The position numbers and the translations under genes were made by a program. Of a stretch of 64,000 nucleotides of DNA, positions 39,320 to 51,059 are shown piece after piece (position 1 is the first letter of the stretch; every line of letters starts with the position of its first letter). The DNA is from Selaginella moellendorffii. Lineage: Eukaryota; Plantae; Lycopodiophyta. The stretch is taken from the NCBI RefSeq assembly GCF_000143415.4, contig NW_003314288.1, positions 332,002-396,001 on the forward strand. Reading direction: 5' to 3'. The notes under the pieces were generated by a model. That model was not told the DNA's origin and did no database searches. It saw only the letters and a list, made by a program, of their open reading frames with translations.

Positions 39320-42300
39320 ATGCGTGCGGCGCTAGGGTTTGTGTGGTGTGTGTCATTTCTCAACAATCTCATGGAGTGGAAAACGTTTTTCAGGGATCCC
39401 ACTTTCTGGTGGGACAACAGGTTCAAGAAGAAAAACAAGTTCTTCTCAGAGTCCTACCCGGATTTCAAACATGTTTCTACCGGAGAGAGCCTGTGGATCG
39501 CCAACAGGAAAACACCAACCTGGGTCTCTGCAAAACTCGAGTCGCTCGCTGACCCAGCTGTAGGTAAGGCCGCCACGGCCCGCTACAAATCTCCACATAC
39601 CCCACCTGTAGCTGGTGATGAACCGGTGAGTTTAGGGAGGCTGATACACCGCGTGAGAGACTCAGCTGAGAGCAGATCCCTTTCTTTGGGAAAACAAGCC
39701 CATGAAGCTGTGCTCAAGAGTGATGAGCACAAAAGCAACATCTACTTGTTGACGGGATTGATCGATATGTACTGCAAGTGTGGAGAGCTTGAGGAGGCTC
39801 GCAAGATTTTCGACTCCATGGGAACCCGGAGTGTTGTGTCCTACAACGCGATCATCCAGGGCTGTGGCTCGAACGGGCAAGCTGAACTTGCTCTGGAGTA
39901 CTACTCTGCCCTGACAGTTGATAACACCATTCAACCCGACGATCGGACTCATGTCGCGGTGATCAGTGCCTGCTCCAGACTTGCTACCGAATCCAGCGAG
40001 AAGAGGGAGAGAGCTCTACGCATCGGGATGGAGATCCATTCAATGCTGAGCAAGGAGAAGAAACAGGTAGATCTGTTCGTGGCGACTTGCCTGGTAGACA
40101 TGTACTGCAAGTGTGGCGAGCTTGAGGAGGCTCGCAAGATTTTCCACTCCATGGGAACTCGGAGTGTTGTCTCCTACAATGCGATCATCCACGGCTGCAG
40201 CTCGAACGGGCAAGCTGAACTTGCTCTGGAGTACTACTCTGCCCTGAGAGCTGATAACACCATTCAACCCGACGATTGGACACATGTCGCGGTGATCAGC
40301 GCCTGCTCCACACTTGCTACCGAATCCAGCGAGAAGAGGGAGAGAGCTCTACGCATCGGGATGCAAGTCCATTCAGTACTGAGCAAGGAGAAGAAACATC
40401 TAGATCTGTTCGTGGCGAATTGCCTGGTAGACATGTACTGCAAGTGTGGCGAGCTTGAGGAGGCTCGCAAGATTTTCCACTCCATGGGAACTTGGACTGT
40501 TGAGTCCTACACCGCGATCATCCAGGGCTGCAACACGAACGGGCGAGCTGAACTTGCTCTGGAGTACTACTCTGCCCTGAGAGTTGATAACACCATTCAA
40601 CCCGACGATCGGACTCATGTCGCGGTGATCAGCGCGTGCTCCAGACTTGCTACCGAATCCAGCGAGAAGAGGGAGAGAGCTCTACGCATCGGGATGGAGA
40701 TCCATTCAATGCTGAGCAAGGAGAAGAAACAGGTAGATCTGTTCGTGGCGACTTGCCTGGTAGACATGTACTGCAAGTGTGGCGAGCTTGAGGAGGCTCG
40801 CAAGATTTTCCACTCCATGGGAACTCGGAGTGTTGTGTCCTACACCGCGATCATCCAGGGCTGCAACACGAACGGGCGAGCTGAACTTGCTCTGGAGTAC
40901 TACTCTGCCCTGAGAGTTGATAACACCATTCAACCCGACGATTGGACTCATGTCGTGGTGATCAGCGCCTGCTCCACACTTGCTACCGAATCCAGCGAGA
41001 AGAGGGAGAGAGCTCTACGCATCGGGATGGAGATCCATTCAATGCTGAGCAAGGAGAAGAAACAGCTAGATCTGTTCGTGGCGAATTGCCTGGTAGACAT
41101 GTACTGCAAGTGTGGCGAGCTTGAGGAGGCTCGCAAGATTTTTCACTCCATGGGAACTCGGAGTGTTGTGTCCTACAACGCGATCATCCAGGGTTGCGGC
41201 TCGAATGGGCAAGCTGAACTTGCTCTGGAGTACTACTCTGCCCTGAGAGCTGATAACACCATTCAAGCTGATGCTTGCACCTACACCTGCGTCCTTGTTG
41301 CTTGCGGGAGTGTGATGGCGATCAAGCTCGGGAGGGAGATTCACCAGCTGGCGAAGCATAAAGGGCTGCTGAAAAACAATCCAGTTCTGGGCTCCAGCCT
41401 GGTGAGCTTCTACGGCAAATGCGGTGATGTTGATTCTGCTCAGGAAGCGTTTGACGAGTGCCGAGCTCGGGACGACACGGCTCTCTGGAACTCTCTCATA
41501 CAGGCTTACACTCTCCAGGGCCGATCGATCGAGGCCTTGGAGCGTTTCTATTCCATGACTCAGGAGGAGGGCTGTAAAGCTGACGATGTGAGTTTTGTTT
41601 CGGTGTTGAACGCTTGCAGCCATGGTGGTCTGGTCGGGAAAGGAAGGCAGCTTCTGGATGAAATGCCCAAGCAGTATGGAGTCAAGCCACGTCTGGAGCA
41701 TTATGTGTGCCTGATCGATATGCTCGGGCGAGCTAACCTCCTCGACGAAGCTGTGAGAGTTCTCAGAGCCATGCCTTTTGAACCGGATGCAGTGGTTTGG
41801 ACGTCCCTGCTCGGAGCCTGCCGGAAGTGGAAGAATTACACGATCGGCAAACTCGCGTTTGAGCGTCTTGTGGAGATGGATCCCAAGAGCGGCACGCCCT
41901 ACGCATTGATGGCCAATATATTTGGAAACCTGGGGATGCTCAGTGAAAGGGCCGCTGTTGTGGAGAGAATGAGAGGTGAAGGCAGCTTCAGGGAGCCCGG
42001 GAGAAGCTGGTGGACGGATGTTTGCTCAGGAAAAGTGCATTCTTTTTCTGTCGAGGATAGGAGTCACTCACAGAGCGACGAGATTGCGGCCAAGCTCAAG
42101 CAATTGTTGCTGAGAATGAAAGAGGAGGGGTATGCGAGCGATGTGATCAACGTTCTAAAAGACATACCCGAGGAAGAGAAAGAGGATCACCTGTGCGGCC
42201 ACAGTGAGAAGCTTGCGCTGGGGTGTGCTCTGGTGAACTCGCACCAGAAGGAGACCATCAGAATTGTGAAAAATCTCCGAGTTTGTGACGATTGCCATGC

Positions 42301-42409
42301 GGCCACTGCTCTCATCTCTAAGCTGGAAAAAAGGCTAATCATCTGCAAAGATGCCAGTCGGGTTCATGTGTTCCAGGATGGCAGATGTTCCTGTGACAAC
42401 TACTTTTGA
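39320..42409 (+). CDS. DYW-subgroup PLS PPR protein (organellar C-to-U editing factor type) with an N-terminal OSB-type PDF motif, 1029 aa, intronless
   Basis: An intact ORF with a PLS array, E domains, a PG-box (EPGRSW), HSEKLA, CDDCH and a terminal CSCDNYF. The N-terminus reads WKTFFRDPTFWWDNR.KK...PDFKH..TGESLWI...TPTWV. Confidence 0.93.
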   Translation: MRAALGFVWCVSFLNNLMEWKTFFRDPTFWWDNRFKKKNKFFSESYPDFKHVSTGESLWIANRKTPTWVSAKLESLADPAVGKAATARYKSPHTPPVAGDEPVSLGRLIHRVRDSAESRSLSLGKQAHEAVLKSDEHKSNIYLLTGLIDMYCKCGELEEARKIFDSMGTRSVVSYNAIIQGCGSNGQAELALEYYSALTVDNTIQPDDRTHVAVISACSRLATESSEKRERALRIGMEIHSMLSKEKKQVDLFVATCLVDMYCKCGELEEARKIFHSMGTRSVVSYNAIIHGCSSNGQAELALEYYSALRADNTIQPDDWTHVAVISACSTLATESSEKRERALRIGMQVHSVLSKEKKHLDLFVANCLVDMYCKCGELEEARKIFHSMGTWTVESYTAIIQGCNTNGRAELALEYYSALRVDNTIQPDDRTHVAVISACSRLATESSEKRERALRIGMEIHSMLSKEKKQVDLFVATCLVDMYCKCGELEEARKIFHSMGTRSVVSYTAIIQGCNTNGRAELALEYYSALRVDNTIQPDDWTHVVVISACSTLATESSEKRERALRIGMEIHSMLSKEKKQLDLFVANCLVDMYCKCGELEEARKIFHSMGTRSVVSYNAIIQGCGSNGQAELALEYYSALRADNTIQADACTYTCVLVACGSVMAIKLGREIHQLAKHKGLLKNNPVLGSSLVSFYGKCGDVDSAQEAFDECRARDDTALWNSLIQAYTLQGRSIEALERFYSMTQEEGCKADDVSFVSVLNACSHGGLVGKGRQLLDEMPKQYGVKPRLEHYVCLIDMLGRANLLDEAVRVLRAMPFEPDAVVWTSLLGACRKWKNYTIGKLAFERLVEMDPKSGTPYALMANIFGNLGMLSERAAVVERMRGEGSFREPGRSWWTDVCSGKVHSFSVEDRSHSQSDEIAAKLKQLLLRMKEEGYASDVINVLKDIPEEEKEDHLCGHSEKLALGCALVNSHQKETIRIVKNLRVCDDCHAATALISKLEKRLIICKDASRVHVFQDGRCSCDNYF
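39760..41265 (+). repeat. 333-bp tandem repeat (one P-L-S triplet, 111 aa), about 4.5 copies
   Basis: ATGTACTGCAAGTGTGG recurs at 39767, 40100, 40433, 40766 and 41099. Confidence 0.95.
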
Positions 42410-44156
42410 AAACATGTCAGTGCTCTTTCTTGCAGTTATCCCTGGTTTTAAACCCTCCGTGAGTCAAGCAGAAACATGGGGCGCTGAGTGAGCATGCCTC
42501 GTCAAAGTACCGCCGCCAACCTGAACTTCACGGAGAAAAAAATAACATTTAAAAGTTAAAACTATGCAAAAGGAGGTTGTCTTAAATTTAAATTTCTTTT
42601 TGGTAGCAGAATCGGGGAATGCTGACTAAACCTGCCAACAGGTGCCCCAAAACAGAGCACCCAGATTCAGATAATAAGCCTTAGTATGAAGGCTGATAGC
42701 AAGTACCGCCTCATGTTCCGGGAGCAAGGTGATGGCGGCTTGCGGCATGACCAACTTTGGGTTTGTGCTCCTAGAGCACGTTGAAAGACGTGTGGAAGCT
42801 GGTGACGACAGCATTTGTTTCTTGCAATGTACTCACCAGCTCCTCGGCGACGTCTTCCTTCCAGATTTTTTGAGCTTGTCGTGAGTGGTAACCTGCTTGC
42901 TCTCTCCTGTGACGACTTCTTCCAGCCTCTGGTGCCCAGGCTCTCTTGTGGATGGAGCTAGCCCTACACAGTGTGTGTGTGTGTGTGTATCAACCAGCAG
43001 ATGCACAAATCGTTGAGAATTAGCAACAAGTGNNNNNNNNNNNNNNNNNNNNNNNNNNNNNNNNNNNNNNNNNNNNNNNNNNNNNNNNNNNNNNNNNNNN
43101 NNNNNNNNNNNNNNNNNNNNNNNNNNNNNNNNAGAAGAGTAGAAACAAATTAAGAAATGTAAATTAAGAAGTGCAAAAGAGATGAAAATAAAAATTGTCC
43201 ATCCTAATCAGTTTGCTGAAATTAAGTTGGATTCAATTCTTCCAGCTCCAAATATTGTGTGATTGAGTTGTAAGTTAATTAATAGTAGAAAATAAGAAAA
43301 AAAACAAACATTGAAAAAATAGTGTTTGATAATATCTTCTTTGCTTTTAGTTTTTTATTTTCGAAAGAAAATTAGTGGGGGAGTGCTGGTAAAGATATCT
43401 TTGCCGTTCATTGGTGGTTAATTAAATGAGCATGTTTAGAGATGTTTATAAGAGTTTAGCTCTGGACCAAGAGTTACCCGAAAATTAAAGTTCAAAATTT
43501 ACGTTTTCCCTATTTGCACAATAACTTAAGCTAAAGTAATGTACTTACCCTTATTTTTTATGGGAAAATTATTAGTATTTTGGATTCGCACGGAAAAAAA
43601 GGGAGGATTCTTAAGTAATTTTCAAAATCCCCGACCAAATCTAAAGTGTTGGGGTCATTTTATTTTAAGGGAAGTTGTTAAAAATTATTCCGGAAATATT
43701 CGAGAAGATCCTTAGGTTAGGGTGATCTTGCGGCACAGCCGGTAATCCAATTTTAGGGTTGGAAGAGGAAACAGAGCTCTGGGAAATGGGGCCGATCGAG
43801 CTGGATCTGGGCCTGCTCTTGCTCTATCTTCACCAACAGGAGGAGGAAGAGGTGCCCATGGAGGGAGAGGTGGCCATGGAGTGGGAGGAGGGCGCGGGGT
43901 GGCCGGGGTTGGCCGCGGATCTCTGAATCTGGCCCTGGGAGGATTAGGCCATGGTTCTGAGGTGACTCGAGGAGGGGGTGCCCCGGGAGGAGGAGGCCAT
44001 GGTTCTACCCTAGGAGGAGGATGCCGCAGTTCTTCTCCAGGAGGAGGAGGCCATGGATCATCACCAGGAGGAGGCCAAGCCTTGGTGGGAGGAGCCGAAG
44101 CCACAGCGGGAGGAGTCCAAGCCACGCCCAGAGGAGCCCAAGCCATGTCCAGAGGA

Positions 44157-45042
44157 GTCGATCCAATTCGCAACATCAATAGGTACTTGATGTCTGGTGC
44201 TGGAACTGACTGGCTCCCTCCGGAGTGTGATATCTCCTTAACGGGCTGTGGCTCACCCGTTAACTTGATCCAACCATTGGCAGCCGTCAGATCGAGTCAG
44301 GTTCTCTGTGAGAATGTGGCTGACAACTGCCAGGTTCTCCAGAACCCAGCTGCCAGTTGCCAGGTTCTGGAGAACCAGGCTACCAGCTGCCAGGTTCTGG
44401 AGAACCAGGCTACCAGCTGCCAATTCTGGAAAACCCTCTCATCCTCGAATAACATTCTTCCACGTGTCTGTTAACAGTCTTGCCACAGCCCGTTAAGGCC
44501 GTTCCCGGGCATGGGCTCGCTCGTTCCCTCCAGAACGTGCTCACCGGGCTAACGCCCGGCTCGCCCGTTCTGGGCGGGAACGTGCTCGCCCTAACCGGGA
44601 ACTGCTTCTTAACAAGCTATGGCTTGCCCGTTGACTTGATCCAACTGTTGGCAGCTGGCCAATTCTGGAGAACCCTCTCATCCTCGAATAACATTCTTCC
44701 ACGTGTCCGTTAATGGTCTTGCCACAGCCTGTTAAGGCCGTTCCACAGGGACGGGCTCACTCGTTCCCTCCAGAACGCGCTCGCCAGGCTAATGCCTGGC
44801 TTGCCCATTCTGGGCGGGAACGTGCTCACCCTACCCGGGAGGCCTGGTTGGTTTTGGCACGGGAACGAGGCTCCAAAATCCCTGGAGCAGCTGCTTGACG
44901 TTTTCTACAAATCATCCACCAGGAACTGCTTGCTCCTGCTCAACGTCCCTCCAAACTCGTTGGGACTGATTGACAAATCCGACTTCCAGACGCTGGAGCG
45001 GTTTAGCTCCGCCACAGATTCCATCTTCAGCATCAACTTAGC
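44157..45042 (+). pseudogene. FUC1: Partial second copy of the GH29 fucosidase (exon 3), interrupted by a ~600-bp insertion and then an N-gap
   Basis: It matches 18642-18933, with the insertion between PECDIS and RPGWFWH. Confidence 0.85.
44238..44839. repeat. Tandem dimer of an unclassified repeat unit inserted in fucosidase copy B
   Basis: 44238-44600 and 44608-44839 are homologous. Unit 1 also carries ~30-bp subrepeats and an inverted repeat TTAACGGGCTGTGGC / GCCACAGCCCGTTAA. Confidence 0.7.
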
Positions 45043-46021
45043 NNNNNNNNNNNNNNNNNNNNNNNNNNNNNNNNNNNNNNNNNNNNNNNNNNNNNNNNNN
45101 NNNNNNNNNNNNNNNNNNNNNNNNNNNNNNNNNNNNNNNNNNNNNNNNNNNNNNNNNNNNNNNNNNNNNNNNNNNNNNNNNNNNNNNNNNNNNNNNNNNN
45201 NNNNNNNNNNNNNNNNNNNNNNNNNNNNNNNNNNNNNNNNNNNNNNNNNNNNNNNNNNNNNNNNNNNNNNNNNNNNNNNNNNNNNNNNNNNNNNNNNNNN
45301 NNNNNNNNNNNNNNNNNNNNNNNNNNNNNNNNNNNNNNNNNNNNNNNNNNNNNNNNNNNNNNNNNNNNNNNNNNNNNNNNNNNNNNNNNNNNNNNNNNNN
45401 NNNNNNNNNNNNNNNNNNNNNNNNNNNNNNNNNNNNNNNNNNNNNNNNNNNNNNNNNNNNNNNNNNNNNNNNNNNNNNNNNNNNNNNNNNNNNNNNNNNN
45501 NNNNNNNNNNNNNNNNNNNNNNNNNNNNNNNNNNNNNNNNNNNNNNNNNNNNNNNNNNNNNNNNNNNNNNNNNNNNNNNNNNNNNNNNNNNNNNNNNNNN
45601 NNNNNNNNNNNNNNNNNNNNNNNNNNNNNNNNNNNNNNNNNNNNNNNNNNNNNNNNNNNNNNNNNNNNNNNNNNNNNNNNNNNNNNNNNNNNNNNNNNNN
45701 NNNNNNNNNNNNNNNNNNNNNNNNNNNNNNNNNNNNNNNNNNNNNNNNNNNNNNNNNNNNNNNNNNNNNNNNNNNNNNNNNNNNNNNNNNNNNNNNNNNN
45801 NNNNNNNNNNNNNNNNNNNNNNNNNNNNNNNNNNNNNNNNNNNNNNNNNNNNNNNNNNNNNNNNNNNNNNNNNNNNNNNNNNNNNNNNNNNNNNNNNNNN
45901 NNNNNNNNNNNNNNNNNNNNNNNNNNNNNNNNNNNNNNNNNNNNNNNNNNNNNNNNNNNNNNNNNNNNNNNNNNNNNNNNNNNNNNNNNNNNNNNNNNNN
46001 NNNNNNNNNNNNNNNNNNNNN
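45043..46021. other. Assembly gap (further gaps at 2570-2669 and 43033-43132)
   Basis: Runs of N. Confidence 1.
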
Positions 46022-47562
46022 AATATATGTGTGCAAATACTAAACAGGTAATACACCTTGTGGGTGTTCTTTTGCAAATAGCCTGCAGAAAAAAAGCTAT
46101 TAAAATAAATATTTGATTTGTAAAGAATACTTGATGCATTAAAAATATAAGCTTATAAAACACTTTTTCTCCATCTAGCATGTCATAGAGGACAAAGTAG
46201 CAATCTATTTAAATTATAACTCAATGTAGATTAAAATCACTAAAGGATGATCCTAATGATTCAAAACAACTATTATACTTGTCTCAAAAGGCTAGCAATA
46301 TTCTAATCTGAATACCAATACTGGATTTGGAATGATGCTAGACTGGGAACTGAAGTATAACTCTAGTTGAGTCTAGTATTCCTAAGAGTTTAAGAATGAT
46401 TAAGATTGTACTCCAATATGTTAGTTTTGAAAAATTTCATATACTTATATTCCATGATATTGGAAGAGAAGAGAATAGATTGGTCATGAAACATTGAACA
46501 AGTGCTAGTTGCCATTGAAGAAGCAATAGTGCTCTATACAACAACATTATATATAAAACTCCACCCTGCAGAATAGAAAGAAAGTTTTCGAAGGGAATGG
46601 ATGAGTAGGAAATGGCACTTGTGATATTTCTTATTTCCAATGGGGAGAATTGTTTGGGATGTTGAGCATCCCTGATTGCTATGCTAGATAATATGTTTGA
46701 TAACATATGTCAAACTTCTCATCATCAAATTACTTAACTATCCTTCATTATGCATATATTAATTCCTAAAGCTCTCCAAGGATTTGGTTCTTGACAGATT
46801 ATGGCATTGACTTTGCGGAAGATTTGATAAATTTCCTTGTAAAATCGCCTTGCATACATGCTTTGCAAAGAACAATCCAGTCAACATAGATTAAGCCCAT
46901 CATAAAAGTGGGCCAATTGTCTTTAAACTTAATTCTCTGTATCAACATCCAATGAAGCCTTTGTAAATGCTAGCCATCAACGAATGGGCTGAGGCCCAGC
47001 TCCAGCAACATGCTGTGCAATGCTTCGCAAGCGGAGAGGATACCATATGGAACACAGAGAGGAGAACATATGAAGCATGTCGGGAGGCAACCAGGAAGAT
47101 AGGATACAAATGGGAACGAGCTATCACCTTACTGCAATGAGCCCATCTCCACCTGCGCCTCAAACGCAAGCTTTCCACACCACTACTTCCCACTTTCAAC
47201 AAGAGCTCATGAGAGACTTCCACAGCTCACTCTCACCGGCATGGTCTTGAGAATCTGGATTACCACGCCTAGCATGGCACTGATGTGGAGCAGGAGGAGC
47301 GCAGTGCTGCTGCTGAAATTCACAACAGCAGCATTGGATCTTACATTGCTGACTATAGCAAACCCACTGCACTTAACATTCCAGATGCATGGGACACCAC
47401 GGACTCATACACAAGAGGCGGAGGACTATGCTCCTCATGAAGACTCTCCTATGCTCAATCCTCTGTGCGTCCCGCTCTCCATCCATGGGGGATGGGGTGG
47501 CTCACGGAATGGCTGGATATCAACGATCGATGTTTGGGTCAACACATCAAAACAGTGAAGAA

Positions 47563-48402
47563 TCAAGTCTGAACTGCTCTGAAGATGTTCTCCAGCATCA
47601 CATAAGGCAATGCATCACTCACAAGGCTGGACTGGCACGTAAATTCCGCAGCATGCATCCCTCGATTCATCTCCCCGTGGTTTTTACACGCGGTAAGAAA
47701 CGTTGCCCATGAAACTCCATCAGCTGGCAAAGGCATATTCTCCAGGACATCCTCGGCCTCTTCCAATTGCCCTAGCCGTCCTAGAGCATCAACAATGCAG
47801 GTGTAGTGGTCTTGCGAAGGGTCCAATCCATTGTCAAAGCTCATTGCCGTGAAGTAGCTTACTGCTTCCTTGACAAGCCCCAGATGGCTACACTCCGTCA
47901 AAACAAGGGCAAACACTGCCTTGTCGGGATCAAAGCCGTGAAGAAACATCGCCCAAAATAGCTGGATCGTAGAATACGTATGGCCAGTCTGGGCATATGC
48001 TGCTAGCATCGTGTTCCAGGAGACCAAATTCCAAGTTGGTATTCTATCAAATGCCTTCTTTGCATCACAAATATTTGCATCTAAAGCATATGCCATGAGA
48101 ATTGTGTTCCATGAATAGGAATCCCAGCAGCAACACAAAGAAAACCCTCGTATAGCGTCTTTGAAATGATCTCTCTGGGCATAAACAGTGATTATCGAGT
48201 TCCATGAAACAAGATCTCTGTGTGGCATTGCTTCAAACAATTGTTTTCCTTGATCAGCGTTGCCTTTTTGTGTGTATGACTTGATCATAATTGTCCACAA
48301 AAGTATGCTGTGCAGAGGCATCCTATCAAACAAACTCTTGGCTTGAATCAAATCCCCATTTTGGGCATAGCAGCAGTGCATTGCCCCCCAGAGGATTGCG
48401 TT
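47563..48402 (-). pseudogene. 5'-truncated PPR copy B
   Basis: It is highly similar to 21385-22145 and is cut off by a gypsy remnant. Confidence 0.85.
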
Positions 48403-48419
48403 CTCCAAGTAGACCGCAA

Positions 48420-51058
48420 CCAAGTCTAAGGTAGTGACTCAAGGATAAGTGTCACTTATAGTACTCAAGGATATAAGCTTTTATATTCCTCCAATAGAAA
48501 TTGTGCTTAATCAACTCATATGTCTTCTTACCCCCAAAATGACTAGCCTCTTGACAATTATGATAGTGAAATAAAACCTGAATAATTAATGCATCCACTT
48601 GTGGCAAATATATATGGCCATTGTAGTAAAGAATCCCATCCACCAATGAAAAAGGTGCTTTCATCTGGGCTTGCAATGAGACCACCTCAACATCTCGAGC
48701 CTAAACACACTCAACCAACTATGCTAACCATCTTACTTAAAAATGATAGCAAAACCATGTTTATAACGCTATCACATGGCAAATATGAGATAAAGCATCT
48801 GCCACCATATTTGATTTTCCCAGACAATGCTCAATAGGAAACTCCCCAAATTCCATAAGTTTGACTATCCAATGAACTTACTTAGTGTTCAACTCCTTTT
48901 GTGTGAAAAAATATACAAAGGGTTTGTGATCTGTCAACACCATGAACACTGCACCATAAAGATAGTGTTGCCACGTAAAGCATGAACAATGGAAAGTAAC
49001 TTTTGCTCATATATGGAATAGTATTGCTCCGTGAAATTCAAAGTTCAACTCTCATATGCAATAGGTTACCCTTTTTGCATAAGAACTCCTTCCAGTGCAT
49101 AACCACTCGCATGACATATCACCTCATAAAGTTTTGATGGATTAGCAATGTGAAGCACTGGAGCGTCGCTTAACAACCGTTTCAATGCCACAAAACTATC
49201 CTCATGTGGTTTCTTCCACTTGAATGGCACGTTCTTGTGCAACAATCGTGCTAAAGGAATAGCCACCTTTGCAAACTTATGCTGAAAATGTCAGCAATAA
49301 CTAGCCATACTAAGAAAACTACGTAACTCAGCCACTAAAGTTGGTGTAAGTTAGTTCTCCACCATAGCCACCTTCCCTGGATCCGTCTTGACACTCTTGG
49401 ATGTTATAATATAGCTTAGACATTCCATCTTCAACTTTGCGAACTCACATTTGCTCTTTTTCATATAAAGTTTGTTATTATGGAGTAACAAAAGAACCTT
49501 ACGCAAATGCACCTTATGCTCTTCCATAATTTTTCTGAAATGGATGCTAGTAAATTGGCCGTGTCCCCAGCTCCAACGTAATCCCATGCTCCACACGTCA
49601 TAATCGAGGCAATCCATGAGGAATTTTAGAGGGAAAAACATTAGAGAACTCTTTGAGTATAGTCTGCACTACTGCCTCTCCTCCACACGTGGCTTGGTCC
49701 CCCAAGTTATAAACAAACAGTAAGTAACTCAAAAGTGTTTTTCCATTACGACAAGCCCGCTTCAAAGATGTAGTGAAGAGCATAACAACTAAAGGTTGAA
49801 CTCCCTCTTCAAACCACACATCGTTAATGCCACTGTACTTCACACTTAATACTCCACTTTATCTCCGAATCCACCTTCACCAACTATGACATCCCAAGAA
49901 TGAGATCCACATGATGAAGATCTGTGAGATAAAAAGTCTCCACAAGTGTGGTTTTGCCAACCAATACTTCCAGCCTTTTTACACAAGTATCGAAATGCCG
50001 AGTAAAGGTAACTACACCTTTTACCATATATGGAAGAACTTTTTGTGTCACCAAGCCATGCTCCTCAACAAACTTTGTGGAAACAAAGTTGTCATCACTT
50101 CCATTGTCCAATAAAATCTACATTGAACTGCCACGGAACACACCCTCTAGCAAGCTGATGCACAAGTGTCCTCGACCTTCATTTTGTTCCACACACAGTT
50201 AAGTTGATGAACAACAATTAAAAGCCTCTTCCTCCAACTAGAATGGTCATCCTCGTCATCTTTGCGTTGCAAATCTTAGTATCTAACTTACCATTAGTAG
50301 AAGATTGGCCATTCTTGTTGCCATGTTATTTGCTCTTCACTGTGGACAATCAGATTTGTAGTGTCCTAACTTGCTGCAATGATGACAACTTTATCTAAAA
50401 TTCTTCACAAAGAATTTCTGATTCTTTGACCCCTGTGTACTTGAAGTAGCCACTATAGACTTCAGCTTGTGATGTTTATTCCCATCCTTGTGTCCACAAC
50501 AATCATCATGACGATTTTCAACAGAAAGACTCCTCGAACACTTGTGAAACTTATATTTGTCATTGTCAAGTCGACGAGCAGCATCAAAGACCTCTTCCAA
50601 ACTCTTTGTACATTGAGAATGACGCAAGTGTTGCCGCATGCTTTCACTATGATGGCCATCAATGAAGTAGGACTTGTTTTGATTTGGATCTTTTATTGGA
50701 ACACGGCTAATCAAGCAAGTTAGCTTCTCAATATAGTCCCCAAGCTTTATTTTCCCTTGCTGAAAATGTCGAAGTTCAGTGTGAGCATTCTCATATCATA
50801 GTGAGGAGTAAAACGTAAATGGAAAGCAACCTCAAACTCATCCATTGTAGACACTAATGGTTTTTTATCCACAACACAAGACTCCTCAAGTTAATTCCAC
50901 CACCAAAGACTTACATCACACAAAACCATTGAAATATCTATTAAAGCCTTTGCATCCAGAATTCCTTTAGTAACCAAAAACTTCTTCACATTAACTAGCC
51001 AAGCTAGACACTCATCCACACCACCATCACCAGAAAAGGTTAGAATCTTGAGTCAATC
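48420..51058 (-). mobile_element. Decayed Ty3/gypsy internal region, same family as 23044-33981
   Basis: Remnants of gag, protease (DNGSDDNFVS), RT/RNase H and integrase zinc finger (HYHNCQEASHFG) are colinear with the host element at 23.4-25.4 kb and 33.0-33.6 kb. Confidence 0.8.
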
Positions 51059-51059
51059 C

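Noticed and set aside
43712-44156. Gly-rich / Pro-rich ORFs
   Set aside because: They come from low-complexity GGA repeats abutting the duplication breakpoint, with no support for a gene.
44792-46181. ORFs of 330-420 aa
   Set aside because: They consist mostly of N-gap.
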